A stretch of 64,000 nt of DNA from Octopus vulgaris (Eukaryota), in NCBI GenBank assembly GCA_951406725.2, contig OX597822.1, positions 43,028,001-43,092,000 of the forward strand. The letters are read 5' to 3'. The position numbers and the translations under genes were made by a program. The notes beneath the pieces were generated by a model. The model was not told the origin of the DNA. It made no database searches and saw only the letters and a list, made by a program, of their open reading frames with translations. Every line of letters begins with the position of its first letter. Positions within the stretch are counted from its first letter, which is position 1. Positions 16,186-30,101 of the stretch are shown piece after piece.

Positions 16186-16995
16186 CGGAAGACGAGAATG
16201 AGTACTCAGTACCGAATTGGTTGATATAATTTCTTTATTTGTGTATTAAGGCTACTATCACACGATCGTCTCCATTTTGGATGAAAACAAAGTCTCAAGA
16301 ATTCAAGGAAAATCTCCTAAAGAAGACAATAAATAAAGGGGCGCTACACTTGCATGATACCTTTTGAATAGTCATTTCTCATGGATTTGACTTTTGGGAA
16401 AACAGTCATGCTGTACGGTAAATTTGCTTGCATCATATTATATCATGTTCTGGGTATATGTGATGATCGTATGTTTTTGTGCTGAGGTGGTTCGTCATAG
16501 GGGTATGTTTCTTCTATGTAAGGAGTTCGTGTGTTGCATATATTCAATCATCACATTCAGGGAAAGAAACTATCCTGATGGGATTAACCGCGAGGGTGGT
16601 GGTTCTTCTTTGAGGCGTCTAAGTGTGAAATATTGCTTGTATATGCATGGAGAGAAGGTTTCATCCCCAATATTCAGAATGTTATCTGTTGACCGTATGG
16701 TAGTTAATTTTTCAGTGATGCAGAATTCACATTTGGTACCCCGTCCTCAATATTTTCTGGCTTTAGCAATGATGTTCCATTTTAGCTGGGTGTTATTTAT
16801 TCTTCCTTTTTTCAATGTTCATATGATATTGGACAGGGATGTATTTTTGTGTCTGAATGACGCCACGTGTTGTGTGTATTTTTCCTTGAACGAGTTGCCC
16901 GTCATTCTGATATGCATCTTTGTTACTCCGTTGTGATACATGATTTTGGCCTCGTATATAAGTTCTTTTTCGAGGCAGTTGTTATTTAGAGGATT
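16185..16995 (-). pseudogene. Second Penelope-like family: decayed GIY-YIG C-terminus plus 3' UTR
   Basis: Minus translation PLNNNCLEKELIYEAKI...HIRMTGNSFKEKYTQHVASFRH...LKWNII...CEFCITEK...LN...SPC with stops; ends in (TA)n. Confidence 0.75.
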
Positions 16996-17139
16996 GAATT
17001 GTAAATCTCTAAATCGCTACCTATGTCTTAAGATAGCCCTGTGGTTATCCTTCAATTAAGGAGAAAAAGCGAGGATTATGGTTTGAGTTAAAATCGTTTT
17101 AAATCCATGTTTAGCGTTAGATTAATGGTAGCAATAAAT

Positions 17140-17465
17140 GACACTCCGTTGGTTATGACAATGAAGGTTGCAGTTGATCCGATCAACGGGATAGCCTACT
17201 CATGAAACTAAAGTGCAAATGCCTGTGCACTCCACAGACACGCGTACCCCAACGTAGTACTTAGGGATATTCAGTGTGACAGAGAATGTGGCATGGCTGG
17301 CCATTTAAATTACAGGTACAAGTAATTTTTGTCAGTTGAATTGACAGGAGCAATATGAAATAAAGTGTGTCGGTCAAGGACTCAACGCACTGCCGGTTAT
17401 CAAACTCATGACCTTACTAATACACTAACCATTAATCCACGCGCTAACCTACGCACCTTCACAAA
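17140..17465 (-). mobile_element. SINE family C (diverged copy)
   Basis: Aligns by eye to 35742-36124 (gttgatccgatcaacgg...cactccacagacacg). Confidence 0.75.
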
Positions 17466-17469
17466 GGTA

Positions 17470-18000
17470 GTATTAGTGTTAGGATTTTGGCTGATTTCAA
17501 ATCTAGGAGTTATGGTTGGTTTACTTTCAAAATAGAAACAGCAAATTATGACTTGCATGTATCAGCTTTAGGGTTTTGGTTAGCTTCTGTGGTAAGGACA
17601 TAGTTCAGTATTTAGTTTAATGTTACCTTACGGTTATTAATATTGTCTAATTTAGAATTTAGACTGGGATTAATTTGGGGGTTGGAGTTGGAAAGAAAAT
17701 TAGTTCTACGTTAGGGTGAGGTTAGCGTTAGAAGTTAGGGTTAGGTTTATACTTAGGGTCATAAGTTAAGGTTAGGGTTAGGATTAGAGGTTAGTTCAAA
17801 GGTTAGAATTAGGGTTATGGTTGTAAATTAAGGCAAGTGTTCGGATTAGAAGTTAGATGGATGGATAGGGCTAAGGTCAGGGCTGGAAAAAATTAGTTTA
17901 TGTCAAGGTTGGGGGTTACAGTTTGAAGTTAGGTCTGGGTTAGAGTTAGTGTTATGATTAAGTGGAGAAGTTCGAGATCGGGTTCGGATTAGGATTATGC
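17470..18000 (+). repeat. Degenerate TTAGGG-like array
   Basis: ttagggtgaggttagcgttagaagttagggttaggtttatacttagggtcataagttaaggttagggttaggattag. Confidence 0.7.
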
Positions 18001-18123
18001 ATTATTGTTTGGTGGTTGTAAAATTAATCTCTATTCAAAGCTGTTCGTTGTCTATTTTTTAAGTTTAGGAAACTTGTGAAACTTGGAATCTTCTAAATTC
18101 ACACGAAGATGCATAGTCAGGCA

Positions 18124-18199
<76 letters not shown>

Positions 18200-18293
18200 G
18201 TTAGTATATATTATATATATTGTGTGTATATATATATTACACACACACTCGCATATATATATATATATAAATATATATATATTATATATATTG

Positions 18294-18333
<40 letters not shown>

Positions 18334-18485
18334 GTTCATGTATTTGACTAGGATTAATGGATTAATGATTTTTAGGCTTCTAACTCGATGCTCTGTCACA
18401 CTCCATGCTTTATCTCGATTATAATTTAGTATTTATGGAATTCCTGGAATGCATAAGCCACAAAACATTAACTTTAAAACACAGC

Positions 18486-18563
<78 letters not shown>

Positions 18564-18584
18564 TTCTGTCTGTCTCTCTTTCTA

Positions 18585-18662
<78 letters not shown>

Positions 18663-19669
18663 TAAAAAAAAAATTTATGATGTGAAATAACTCAAAGTAA
18701 TAGTATAAATTTGGATATTTAAGATAAAGTGCGAAGTACTGAATGCTATACGCAATAAATTCTTAACTAATTAATATTAATTAATTGAAAATTCAAATTT
18801 AAATGTTACAGATATTGCCAGTGAGTACTAAACAACAGGGAACATAATTTCAGAAATAAACTAATTTTCGAGAGCTAATTTACATATTTATGGTAATGCT
18901 AGCCAAATCATTGTTTCTAGCAAACAGATTATTGTGGACATGTTGTGGATATGCTGTGGACATATGGTTTTATACATACTGTCAGTGCAGTAACGTCTAA
19001 GTGCATAGAGTAGTGGATAGATTTTTACCGAATTTCGTCGTTGTTGCGGCTTATCAATGACACGTACTCGCGTAACTCCCGAAACAAAATCGAATCGGTT
19101 ACATACCAGTCTACTTCATTTTTTTTTAAAGATTATATAGGACTGAGGTAACTCTTCGAGAAGTTATAGAGAAATAAATAGAAGAGTGCCATAGTTATCA
19201 TGTGAAATTTGTTGAACAGTTATATACAGTTAGTGCATAAACTATACACTGGTTTGCAAAGGTGTTGCATAAGCAACACTTCTGGGGGAGATTTCGTTTC
19301 GCCTATTTCTGAAGTATATTGTGTTTCTTTTAGCACAATACGCGCATAAAAGAATTTTTTCCTGGACGAAAACCGTAGCTCATGGTGTTTCAGCTATACA
19401 CATATGTTAAGTAGATGTGTGGTATTGATAACAATTTTACTATGCAGTTTCTTCTATTACATAATTCGAATAATTTATTCTTTAGTTATGTATATTTTGA
19501 GCCATAATAATATGTTATCGAAAATATAAATGAGCTAGGGCAAATCAAATAGACCAGCGGGATCAATTTGCATAATAAAGATAAAAATGACGTAAAATGT
19601 TATAAATTCATATTTGCGGTGTAAATGCTGTACAGTAATAATGCGCGCGCGCACACACACACAAATTTA

Positions 19670-19890
19670 TATAGTTCAAATTTACAGAAAACAAAAGCCG
19701 AAGACAGTTGTAGGAACAACAAGCAGGTGTACTAGTTTGACGCTCGGGAGGAATGGAAAAGTCTTTGACGTTTCGAGGCTACGCTCTTGGACAGAAAGGA
19801 ATGAGCGGAAAAAGGAAAGAGAACAAAAAAAAAGACAAAAAAGAAAAACTAAAGGAAAACAAACAAAAACAGGGAAAGAAAAATATGTGT
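19670..19890 (-). mobile_element. Short element with variant minimal hammerhead (CTGTNGAA family)
   Basis: Homologous to 35270-35450, 35518-35700 and 50970-51153; motif at 19763-19798 ends GAAACGTC. Confidence 0.7.
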
Positions 19891-19946
19891 AAGGATTAAC
19901 GTTTCATATACATACATACAAACACACACACACACACAGACACACA

Positions 19947-19999
<53 letters not shown>

Positions 20000-20009
20000 A
20001 TATACACAT

Positions 20010-20235
20010 GCTGGCTTAAGGCAGTCCATCTTGACAGATGTCGACGTCGTCTTTGATCCTTAAGGGTTGTCTTGATGGCGTTGGCAGGCTTTCTCGTAGC
20101 TGAAAAGGTCGATTCTGGAGGCACATCTCTGATTACACTGAGAGCAGTGAAGAGGGCTCCGACGAAGATGAGCTCGTCTAGGATTTTGCTGACGTTCCTT
20201 GAGCTGTCGCCGGTTTTCTTCAAGCAATGAGATGC
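20010..20235 (-). pseudogene. RTE-clade LINE 3' end (C2H2-like finger)
   Basis: EENRRQLKERQQNP...CSQCNQRCASRIDLFSYEKAC resembles the RTE ORF C-terminus. Confidence 0.65.
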
Positions 20236-20545
20236 ACACATACACACACATATATACATACATATCTACATACATATATATGTATATATGTATGTATGTA
20301 TACACACACACACGCACATATATATAAGTCTGTGTGGTAAGAGGCTATTCTTTCCTAGGGATATTTATCCAAGCGTGCACCGGTTCAGTTCTATATCAAC
20401 TAATGATCCTGGAAATTCCACATGTGAATATGTACTAGTGTTTATCGTTGGTTAGTCTTCGATATTAGTACCTTACACTTTTGAAATTTCAGCTGTCACT
20501 ACAGATGCTTCCAATTTTCGATATAGGAGAATAATTTTAACAATT

Positions 20546-20935
20546 CAAAGAAAATGGAGAAGGCATACACAAAATAATCAATATATTCAATGATAGTCAA
20601 TTCGTGTAGCCAACACGCGTTTCGATTTATTACTTAAATCCACGTTTTTGCAATTAAATTGCATTATGAATTTGAAAACGCAAAAACTCTCATTAGAGCA
20701 AAAATTGATTGTTATCAAGGCAAAAATTGACAGCTACAATTCAACTGGAATGAATTCTCTATCTGTTAGGATATGTGAGGAAAATAACTATCAACTTTTG
20801 CTTTGATGAAACTTTTTACTTTTTCAAATTCATAATGTAATTTAAGTAATAAATCGAAACGTGCGTAGGCAACATGTATTGACTGTTTTAATAAATATAT
20901 TGATTATTCTATGTACGTATTCTCCATTTTCTCTG
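20546..20935. mobile_element. Foldback element with a decayed hammerhead in each arm
   Basis: Arms about 20546-20716 and 20783-20935; right arm TTGCT-TTGATGA...GAAA-CGTGCG-TA-GGCAA; left arm (minus) CTAATGA...GAAA-CGCGTG. Confidence 0.7.
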
Positions 20936-21023
<88 letters not shown>

Positions 21024-21103
21024 GTATATATAATAATAATAATAATATTAGGGAGTATAACTCCAAACTTACAGGGAAAAATTCAATTTACTATTAAAAC
21101 AAA

Positions 21104-21156
<53 letters not shown>

Positions 21157-21812
21157 TTGAGAAAGATAATAAGTACTTTATTTATTCTGTCAATGAGCGA
21201 AATATTAGATCTAGACATAAATTAATTTACTTACATAATAAGTTTAAATTATTTGTGAGTATATTTTTGAAATATATACAAAATATTATCGCAGGGTTGT
21301 GACTGCATCGTTGTTGATATAAGATATATTATAAGTCTACACATGTTTGTATAGCGTTTAGTACATAGTTAGAATCGGATCAAATTAGATGTTTATTTAA
21401 ATAATAAATTAATATATAATTTAATTAAGTAATGAATATAGATTAAATTATAGAAATTTAGCTTAACTTAAGTATATGATGTATTTTAAGTATTTTTATT
21501 TTAATTAATAGGACTCTTATATTTTTCCAATAAAGATATACTATAGTTCGTTTAGATTATTCTCAAAGCTAAAATATATCTTCACAGATAATATTCATAT
21601 TTCTGTCTATTTATTCTATTTGTTTACGTTAGGTTTTAACGTGATATATGTATTATAAACGCTTGGTCCTACTTTTTAAGTTTAAAATTTGGTTAACGGA
21701 ATTTCTTCTATAAGAAGAATCATGTTTTTATTTCTTTAAGAAATATTGTTTAATTCTGTTTGATTATTTATTAAAAATATGTATTTATTTAACAATTATT
21801 GCTATTATTGCT

Positions 21813-21918
21813 GACCTGAGGAGTGACTATACTTTTAAATTGAATTGTTTTTGGATCGATTAAATTTAAATTTAATTGTAATGCGAATTGAAGGTATAGC
21901 CACGAAACGTACGTAGTC
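21813..21918 (+). ncRNA. Hammerhead with long stem II in a TA-flanked AT-rich element (about 21153-22064)
   Basis: GAC-CTGAGGA-GTGACTATAC...GTATAGCCAC-GAAA-CGTACG-TA-GTC. Confidence 0.75.
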
Positions 21919-22059
21919 TATTTACTAATTATATACTGTTTATTTATTATTATATACTTTATTGTGATCTAGGTAAATGTTTTATCATATATATTATTTT
22001 TTCTATATGGTATGATCTACGTCTATCATTGTTTGAATTACATAATAGTGGCTTTTCTC

Positions 22060-22218
<159 letters not shown>

Positions 22219-22264
22219 GTATATATATATATGTATATATATATATGTATATATATATATGTAT

Positions 22265-22852
22265 ATTTCTTTACCGGATCGTTACTGGCGACAAAAAAAA
22301 TGGTGCTTGTACATCAATATGAAGCAGCGTAAGGAATGGCTTAGTCCCGGTAAACAAGTGACATCGCGCGTGAAACAAGATCTTCATCCGCGTAAAACGA
22401 TGTTGTGCGTATGGTGGGACTGGGAAGGGATTATCCATTACGAATTGCTTGAACGGAACCAAACGGTCAACGCAGAACTCTATGTTCAACAGATGGAACG
22501 ATTCAACACGGCTATTCAAGAGAAAAGACCTAATCGGCAGCATGGAGTTCTGCTGCACGACGACGTCAGACCTCATATCGCCAAAATGACCAAAAAAGCC
22601 TTTCAAACGCATCGCTTGGAAAGGCTGCAACACCCCCTTACTCTCCTGATTTGGCACCAACGGATTTCCACCTCTTTTGATCTCTTTCAAATGCTATGCG
22701 CGGAGTTTCGTTCAATACTGATGCAGAATTAGGAGCTTGGTTAGATAATTTTTTCGAGTCGAAATCGGGTGATTTCTACAAATTATTTTTTATTAAACAT
22801 TAAAAAAAAATTAAATTTAAGAAAACGGCAGGAGCTTAGTTGCCAACCTAAT
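22265..22852 (+). pseudogene. Mariner transposase 3' remnant with right TIR
   Basis: [12 protein letters not shown]...[23 protein letters not shown]...LLHDDVRPH...[13 protein letters not shown]; TIR-like end ttgccaacctaata. Confidence 0.9.
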
Positions 22853-22870
22853 ATATATATATATACACAC

Positions 22871-23288
22871 AAAGAAAATCAGACAAGGTAGAAAATGCTA
22901 AAGTAATTTTATCGGAAAGAACATTTTAGTACCGGTTTCAGACTTGGCGACTTTTTCAACTTAGAGTAAAGCATGAATAACAATTAAATTATGGAGGAGT
23001 TAAATGAAATGTTTTAAAAAAATATTTCCATAGCTTTCAAATGCAAAGGACATTTTCCATTTTTCTGTCTGTCTGTCTCTTTTTTACTCTTGCGAGGGTT
23101 TGGTAGCAGGTAGTAGCATTTGAAAACTTTGGAAATATTTGAAAAAACATTTCATTCAATTTTTCCATAATTTAATTGTTTTTCATGCTTTACTTTAAGT
23201 TGAAAAAGTCGCAAAAGCTGAAACCGGTACTAAAATGTTCTTCATGATAAAATTATTTTAGCATTTTCCACCTTGTCTTATTTTCCTT
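22871..23288. mobile_element. Foldback element with outward-facing U3-A8 hammerheads in both arms
   Basis: Arms about 22871-23044 and 23116-23288; TTGAAAA-AGTC...-GAAA-CCGG-TA-CTAAA at 23200-23234, and its reverse complement at about 22925-22962. Confidence 0.8.
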
Positions 23289-24239
23289 ATATATATATAT
23301 ATTTATTTATAGACATACGCCTATATATGTGTGTGTTTGTATAAGTATCTATCTATAAATAAATGTATATGCTTAAATGATGAAAATTATTTCGAAAAGA
23401 CAAAAATGCAAGGTCTAATAATTTCGCTTAGAGAGCCTCGAGATAACTTAGAAAGAACCCAATGACATAATTGCGTTAATTTTGTCTTTAAAACTCAGAA
23501 AGAATTATTGGTGATTAAACGAGATTTTATTGCAAGCTGTAATAAATCTGATATCCGATTCACTTTTTGGTGCCAAATTATTTGCAAAAAACTGAAGTTT
23601 GATAAAGTAGCTGTTTTGTAATTGTAGGAGAAAATTTTGTTATGATGAATTGTGTAAATTTATGATGTTGTGTTTCATTAATACAGTTGAACTCTTTTAT
23701 GACGAAGACACTTATTCTATTATGGAAGGGAAATGACTTTCTTAGTTTAAAGATAATTGAATTAGGATATTGTTGATGATTATAGCTAACTCACTTTAAT
23801 AATGGTTAATTAAACCACACTTGGGATTATTAACGAACTTGTGTTTATGACCTTTAAAGGTGATGTAAGGTTTTTGACCCCAAGTTGGTCAACTCTGTCA
23901 TCTATTGTAAGGCTAATAATTATTTGTTTGGTTTCAAGATTTATGGAAAATTATGTTTTACAGTATGATATTTTGCTATATAATGTGAATACTATGCGAC
24001 AATAATCCTTGATATACGCTGACATAGATTTAATAAAAATCTTTGGATTTGTTTGACGAAACGTGAATGTTTTTAGAATCTTGCTTAAATTGTCACGAGA
24101 TTTAATTTGTGTGTATGAATCTGTGGGTATGTTTCTTTGCGCGTATGACGGAGAGTGGGTGTGTGTGGTTATGTACGTGCAAGTATGGTTGTATTTCTAA
24201 CCTTACAGTGAAACACTTCTGCCATGAGAAACGTGACCT

Positions 24240-25745
24240 GTTGCTGACTGAGAGGCACTTCATAGCAGTAAATATTCTTTGCCATTTTACCTGTAACCAA
24301 AGAGGGGAAATGGATTACATCAACATTAAAGAAGACGATGTGACTCTGGCCATAGATGAGGTTGACACAAAACTCAGCTGCTGGCCCTGATGGATTCCCA
24401 GCAATCCTTCTCAAATTGTGCAAACGAGCCCTTGCAAAACCACTGCAGCTTTTTTTCAGAGCTTTTTTACAAGTGGTAAGCTCCCAGACAAATTGAAAGA
24501 AGGAATAGTATGCCCCTATCTATAAGAGAGGAAGCTGAACAGATGCTAAAAATTATAGGCCTATTTCTCTGACCTGGCTCATCAGCAAAGTCATGGAAGG
24601 AACACACCACAAGAAACTAATCGCGTTCTTTGAAGAAAATGACTTGCTGACTGACAGTCAGCATAGATTTCGACCAGGTAGAAGCTGTCTGATACAGCTC
24701 TTATAATATTATTTTCTACTCTAGGCACAAGGCCCAAAAGATTTGGGGAAGGGGGTAGTCGATTAGATCGACCCCAGTACGCAACTGGTACTTAAAATAT
24801 CGACCCCGAAAGGATGAAAGGCAAAGTCGACCTCGGCGGAATTTGAACTCAGAAAGTAAAGACAGACGAAATACCGCTAAGCATTTCGCCCCGCGTGCTA
24901 ACGTTTCTGCCAGCTCGCCAGCTTACAGCTCTTACTGGGTGTTAAAACAGCTTCTAAACAACTCAAGTATGGATGTGGTATATCTCGACTTTGCAAACGC
25001 CTTTGATAAATTACACCATGGTATGATATGTCACACACTATGTGATCTCAGCATAGTCGGAAAACTAGGAGAGTGACTACACGACTTTCTAAAAGATAGA
25101 CATCAGGCAGTGGTGGCCAATGGAGCTACCTCAAAGGAAACACAAATAGTAAGTGGTGTTCCACAGGGCACTGTCTTAGGGTCACTGTTATTTATAGTGG
25201 CCCTCTCAGACATACACTTAGCTGCTTAGATAGCCACCATCATTAGCTATGCAGATGACACAAAAGTCTCTCAGACAATACAAAATTTTGGAGATATTGT
25301 GATTTTGCAACGGGAGTTGGACGCAATATACAGGTGAGCTGAGGACAACAACATGCAGTTTAATGCAGGAAAATTCGAAGCCCTGCGCTTCCAGCACATA
25401 TAGCTGAATGAAATGCACACAGGATTCACTGGCCCGGGAGGAATTGCAATCCATGAATCAAAACCAGTGCGTAACCTGGGAATTTACATGAGCAATAATG
25501 CATCTTTCCAGGTGCATATTACTAATTTGGTAATATAATGCAGACGGCAAGCTAGATGGATCATCCGGACTTTCAAAACGAGAGAGAAGAAACAATGTCA
25601 ATCCTTTGGAGGGCATACATCCTCAGCCACTTGGCCTACTGCGCCCAACTATGATCCCCACACAATATGAAATTAACGGCTGAACTCGAAGCAATCCCAC
25701 GAAGCTACACAAAGAAAATCGTCTCAATGCAACATATCAGCAACT
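24240..25745 (+). pseudogene. CR1/L2-group LINE reverse transcriptase remnant
   Basis: PDGFP..., NYRPISLT, QHRFRPGRSC, YLDFANAFD, SGVPQGTVLG, YADDTK motifs with stops and frameshifts. Confidence 0.9.
24704..24923 (-). mobile_element. SINE family B inserted in the LINE with an 11-bp TSD
   Basis: TSD tacagctctta at 24693-24703 and 24924-24934. Confidence 0.9.
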
Positions 25746-25900
25746 TTCAGTTTCCGTCTACCAAATGCACTGACAAAGGTTTGGTCGGCCCGAATCTACA
25801 TTAGAAGATACCTGCCCAAGGTTCCACGTAGTAGGACTGAACCTGGAACCATGTGGTTGAGAAGCAAGCTTCTTACCACACAGCCACTCCTGTGCCTATG
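25745..25900 (-). mobile_element. SINE family A head
   Basis: Reverse complement of ggcacaggagtggctgtgtggtaagaagcttgct... Confidence 0.8.
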
Positions 25901-26356
25901 ATATAGTCCTGTTTAACTTAAAAAAGACGAGATGGTCACGAATGAAAAATGTTTGATCATAGGCCTTTGTGGTCATTGTCTACCTAAGGCTAAACAATGA
26001 CAACAACAACAGCAACAACAATAGCAAGAACATCAACAACAACAACAACAACAAGACTACACGAAGGAGTTTCTGTGTGGTTGTCCGATTTGCTTGAAAT
26101 GACAGCCAAATCCACCTCAGATCATATCCTACGGACGTAAGATAAGGAAGGGAGCTTAAGGTAGTGTTAGACACACATTTGGAAGAAGAACGGGATGGAC
26201 ACATTTGGAATGCCTTTAATTATAGATTTACTTAACTGCGAACAGTCTAGGTAGGTCTAAATAACAACGAAACATTCATACATGAAGAAATACGCGTTGG
26301 TCAAACACATTTACACCCACAATAATAGTGCAAAGAACTATCATGTTCCACCTCCT

Positions 26357-26432
<76 letters not shown>

Positions 26433-26556
26433 ACAAATAAACACACACATCCACACCTACAAACATCCATACACAAACATACCACATGTTACACATTCGA
26501 AGTCCTTATCTCTCTGTCTGTCTCACTGTCTGTCTTTTGTGTGTGTGTGTATACAC

Positions 26557-26600
<44 letters not shown>

Positions 26601-26699
26601 GCATACATACACATATATGCTTGTATGATATATACACATAAATAAACACAAAGAAACATAACCTTAGTTAAGTCTGTGGCTAGAACTTATCTAAGCATC

Positions 26700-26748
<49 letters not shown>

Positions 26749-26829
26749 ACATACATACATTTATATATACATATTTATATATATATATGTATATTTATAT
26801 GTATATGTATATATGTATATATATGTATA

Positions 26830-26888
<59 letters not shown>

Positions 26889-27289
26889 GTAAGCATACAT
26901 ATGTATATATATGTGTATATATATATGAGTTAACGTATGCGTATATGCATACATACAAGCATACATACATACGTACGTACGTACGTACGCACATACATAA
27001 TACATCATTATTAGCAGTTTCTGATAATTATATCATTTTCCAACGATGTGATGGTGAAATATAATCTTAATGAAGTCTGAGAGACAACAGAACAGCAGGA
27101 ATATGACACCAAAATGACAAACGTAAGAGGGAGTTATTGAATTTCAAATACACACACATACGCACACATGTGCATATATATATATATATATATATATGTA
27201 TACACACACATATATACATATATATTTATATATTTACAGTACACTCCAAAGGTGGACCTGAAGGTGTGCTAACGATACGTTAACAAAAG

Positions 27290-27773
27290 GCTGGGGTAAA
27301 ATATACGAACCTGATAAGGTTACACCAGGCACATACATCACAACCATATGTGCGCGGCATGGTGATCTCATATCAGGATAAACAGCGCATGACCTTGCAG
27401 GTGGGGGCCCAGTTAGAATTTTCTTCTACTCTAGCAACCTATCCCGCTGAAAAGGTCCCTGAATAAGAGTTGTTTAAGGATGTTGAACGAAGCACCCATG
27501 TTTCCAGAGGTGAATTATTCAGACCCCAAAGAATCCCCTTCAACACATGGCTATGAGGCTCCCCCACTATTTCTGCTCATGACCAGAGATGCACAACATA
27601 TTGTCAGCCACAAAGGGACATGCTCAACTGGTTATGGTCAAACAACTGACAAGCAAATCTGTACTATTGAGTAGAATATTTACTGTAGCCCATCTTTTAT
27701 ACCAAGACTAAACAATATACATAATAACACTTTCAATCAGTTAAGATGAGAAGCCATGAGAGCCAGTGCCTTA

Positions 27774-27845
<72 letters not shown>

Positions 27846-28005
27846 TGAGTGAGAGAGCAGTGCATGCCATCAAAGTGACACTGGAGTAAAATATACGAAG
27901 CCCATCATGATTACCTGTCTGATAAGTGTACACCAGGCACATGCATCACAACCATATGTGCGCGACAAGGTGATCTCATATCAAGATAAACAGCGCATGA
28001 CCCTG
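27290..28005 (-). mobile_element. Two copies of the (AAT)n-associated element family D
   Basis: Reverse complement of 46390-46946; the two copies are separated by an (ATT)n tract. Confidence 0.8.
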
Positions 28006-28169
28006 TATAGCAGTTCGACAAAAATAACCCATTAGAACAAGTACAAGACTTAAAAAAAAGAAATTTTAAATTAACTATTGGAATCAGTTTGTTTCAATGC
28101 GGTACTCCAGCATGGCTGCATTCAAATGACTGAAATAAGTAAAAGATAAAAAAATATTAAAGATACAAC

Positions 28170-28895
28170 AAAGATGTAGTTTATATCCCAAGTGGTATTT
28201 TCGCATTATTTTCAAGGGCTTGACCACATTTTTTCCAAACAATAATTAATATTCCTAAAACATACATCAGGAAGTTAGTGAAATATTCCAAATGATGGTT
28301 TTTTGTATTATTTTATTCAAGGAATTGTAATATTTTATTCAAGACAGTATTTTTCTAAACCATACAGTAGTTACAAAAAGAAATAGAAGTTTAGCAGTAT
28401 TTACACTTCCAAGAGTAAGACCAGATACTCCATGTGTTATTTTCCTATTAATTTCAATGGAACACCATCATTGTTTCAAACTCACAATATTTCTTTTACT
28501 CACAATAGAGAAGTAGTTGATTTCCGAGTGTTATTTTCATATTATTTTCAAGGGATTCACAATATTTTGTTCAAAACAGTATATTTCTAAAACATACAAT
28601 AAGGAGTTAGTGCAACATTCTAAATGGTAGTTTTCTATTATTTTCCAGTGAATTACATTATATTCAAGGCAGCATAATGCTAAAAACGGACATTAAGAGG
28701 TTACCACATATTTAAAGTGTTATTTTCGAATTATTTTTAATGGAAAACGTTATTGTATGCGGCATGCTTTATTTCTATAGCTCACAGTACAGGAGTAGTT
28801 GATTTCCTAAGCATTATTTTCGTATCATTTTTAAAGGAAGAACAATATTTTATTCAAAAGAATATATATATATATTTCTAAAACATACAGTAGAT
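28170..28895. repeat. Degenerate ~95-bp tandem repeat with trimeric higher order
   Basis: gtgttattttc-type starts at about 28192, 28293, 28434, 28528, 28625, 28717, 28811. Confidence 0.7.
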
Positions 28896-29225
28896 AATAT
28901 TTCATCTATTATTTGGTTTATGTTCAATTAATTGTTTTCATTTATAGCAATAAGCAATATATTCGTTGCTTTTAAAGAGCTACAAGTTTCCGTAATTGTA
29001 GATGTTCTTTTCTATTATTTGCAGTGAAATTATATTCACAGCAAAATCAAGTTTCAACAAGCATTTAACATTTACAAAAAAAAAAAAAAAAAATTATACA
29101 TAAATAAAAGACTGTATTAAACTTCGTTTTCGGAGGGGAAAAAGTGAAGTGAAAAAATCAAATCTGATTGTTATCAATATTATATAGAATTTTCTATTGT
29201 TCTTCGACATTTATTTCGGAACTGT

Positions 29226-29278
<53 letters not shown>

Positions 29279-29310
29279 CTCTCGCGCGCACAGTTTTGTG
29301 GACACGCACA

Positions 29311-29373
<63 letters not shown>

Positions 29374-29472
29374 AAGCATACAGTAGGACATGGCTAGAGG
29401 TCTATATTAAATTCACACATATACATAACATCATACATAAATACATATATGAGCTCGTGTGCACACCACTAA

Positions 29473-29524
<52 letters not shown>

Positions 29525-29656
29525 TATATATATATACACGCATGTGTGTGTGTCTGTGCGTGTGGGTGTGTATGTGTGTGTGTGTCTATGTCTATGTATA
29601 TGCGTTTAGGCCGTAACAAATGTATTTCCGTGTGAGTAAGTGGCAAGCGTGAGTAT

Positions 29657-29852
29657 AATAAAGTCACACAGAGAGCGATTTGCGGTGAGACAAAGATAAG
29701 GTGAAAAAATAAAGACCGAAGAAATGAACACGAATCTATATATTCGTGATTCGCCAGAGCTATTCGTGTTCACATCCTTAACTTCGGTTTTTATCTTTCT
29801 TTTCACCGTATCTTCGTTACACTGCAAATCGCTCTCTGTGTGACTGTATCTT
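29657..29852. repeat. Foldback element (~80-bp arms)
   Basis: agtcacacagagagcgatttgcggtg... / ...cactgcaaatcgctctctgtgtgact. Confidence 0.85.
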
Positions 29853-29993
29853 ATATGTATGTATGTATATATATATAATAGAAATATTAAAATTACTAAG
29901 TCTCTCTAAAGGGGATTACGGCAGCGTTACTGGATATTAATATTTATCGCCAAAATAATATGGCAGTCCATAAATATAAGAATAAAGCTGTCG

Positions 29994-30051
<58 letters not shown>

Positions 30052-30101
30052 TATATATACACATAATAAATATCTATATAAAATATATATAATATATATA
30101 T

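Noticed and set aside
16394-16936. 180-aa plus-strand ORF
   Set aside because: Antisense shadow of the decayed Penelope GIY-YIG sequence.
20185-20232. Hammerhead-like ttgct-tgaaga...ggaa-cg-tc-agcaa on the minus strand
   Set aside because: No stem II, GAAA is broken, and the segment is better explained as coding sequence of an RTE LINE C-terminus.
28170-28895. CRISPR-like array
   Set aside because: Eukaryotic context, and whole units are degenerate repeats without unique spacers.
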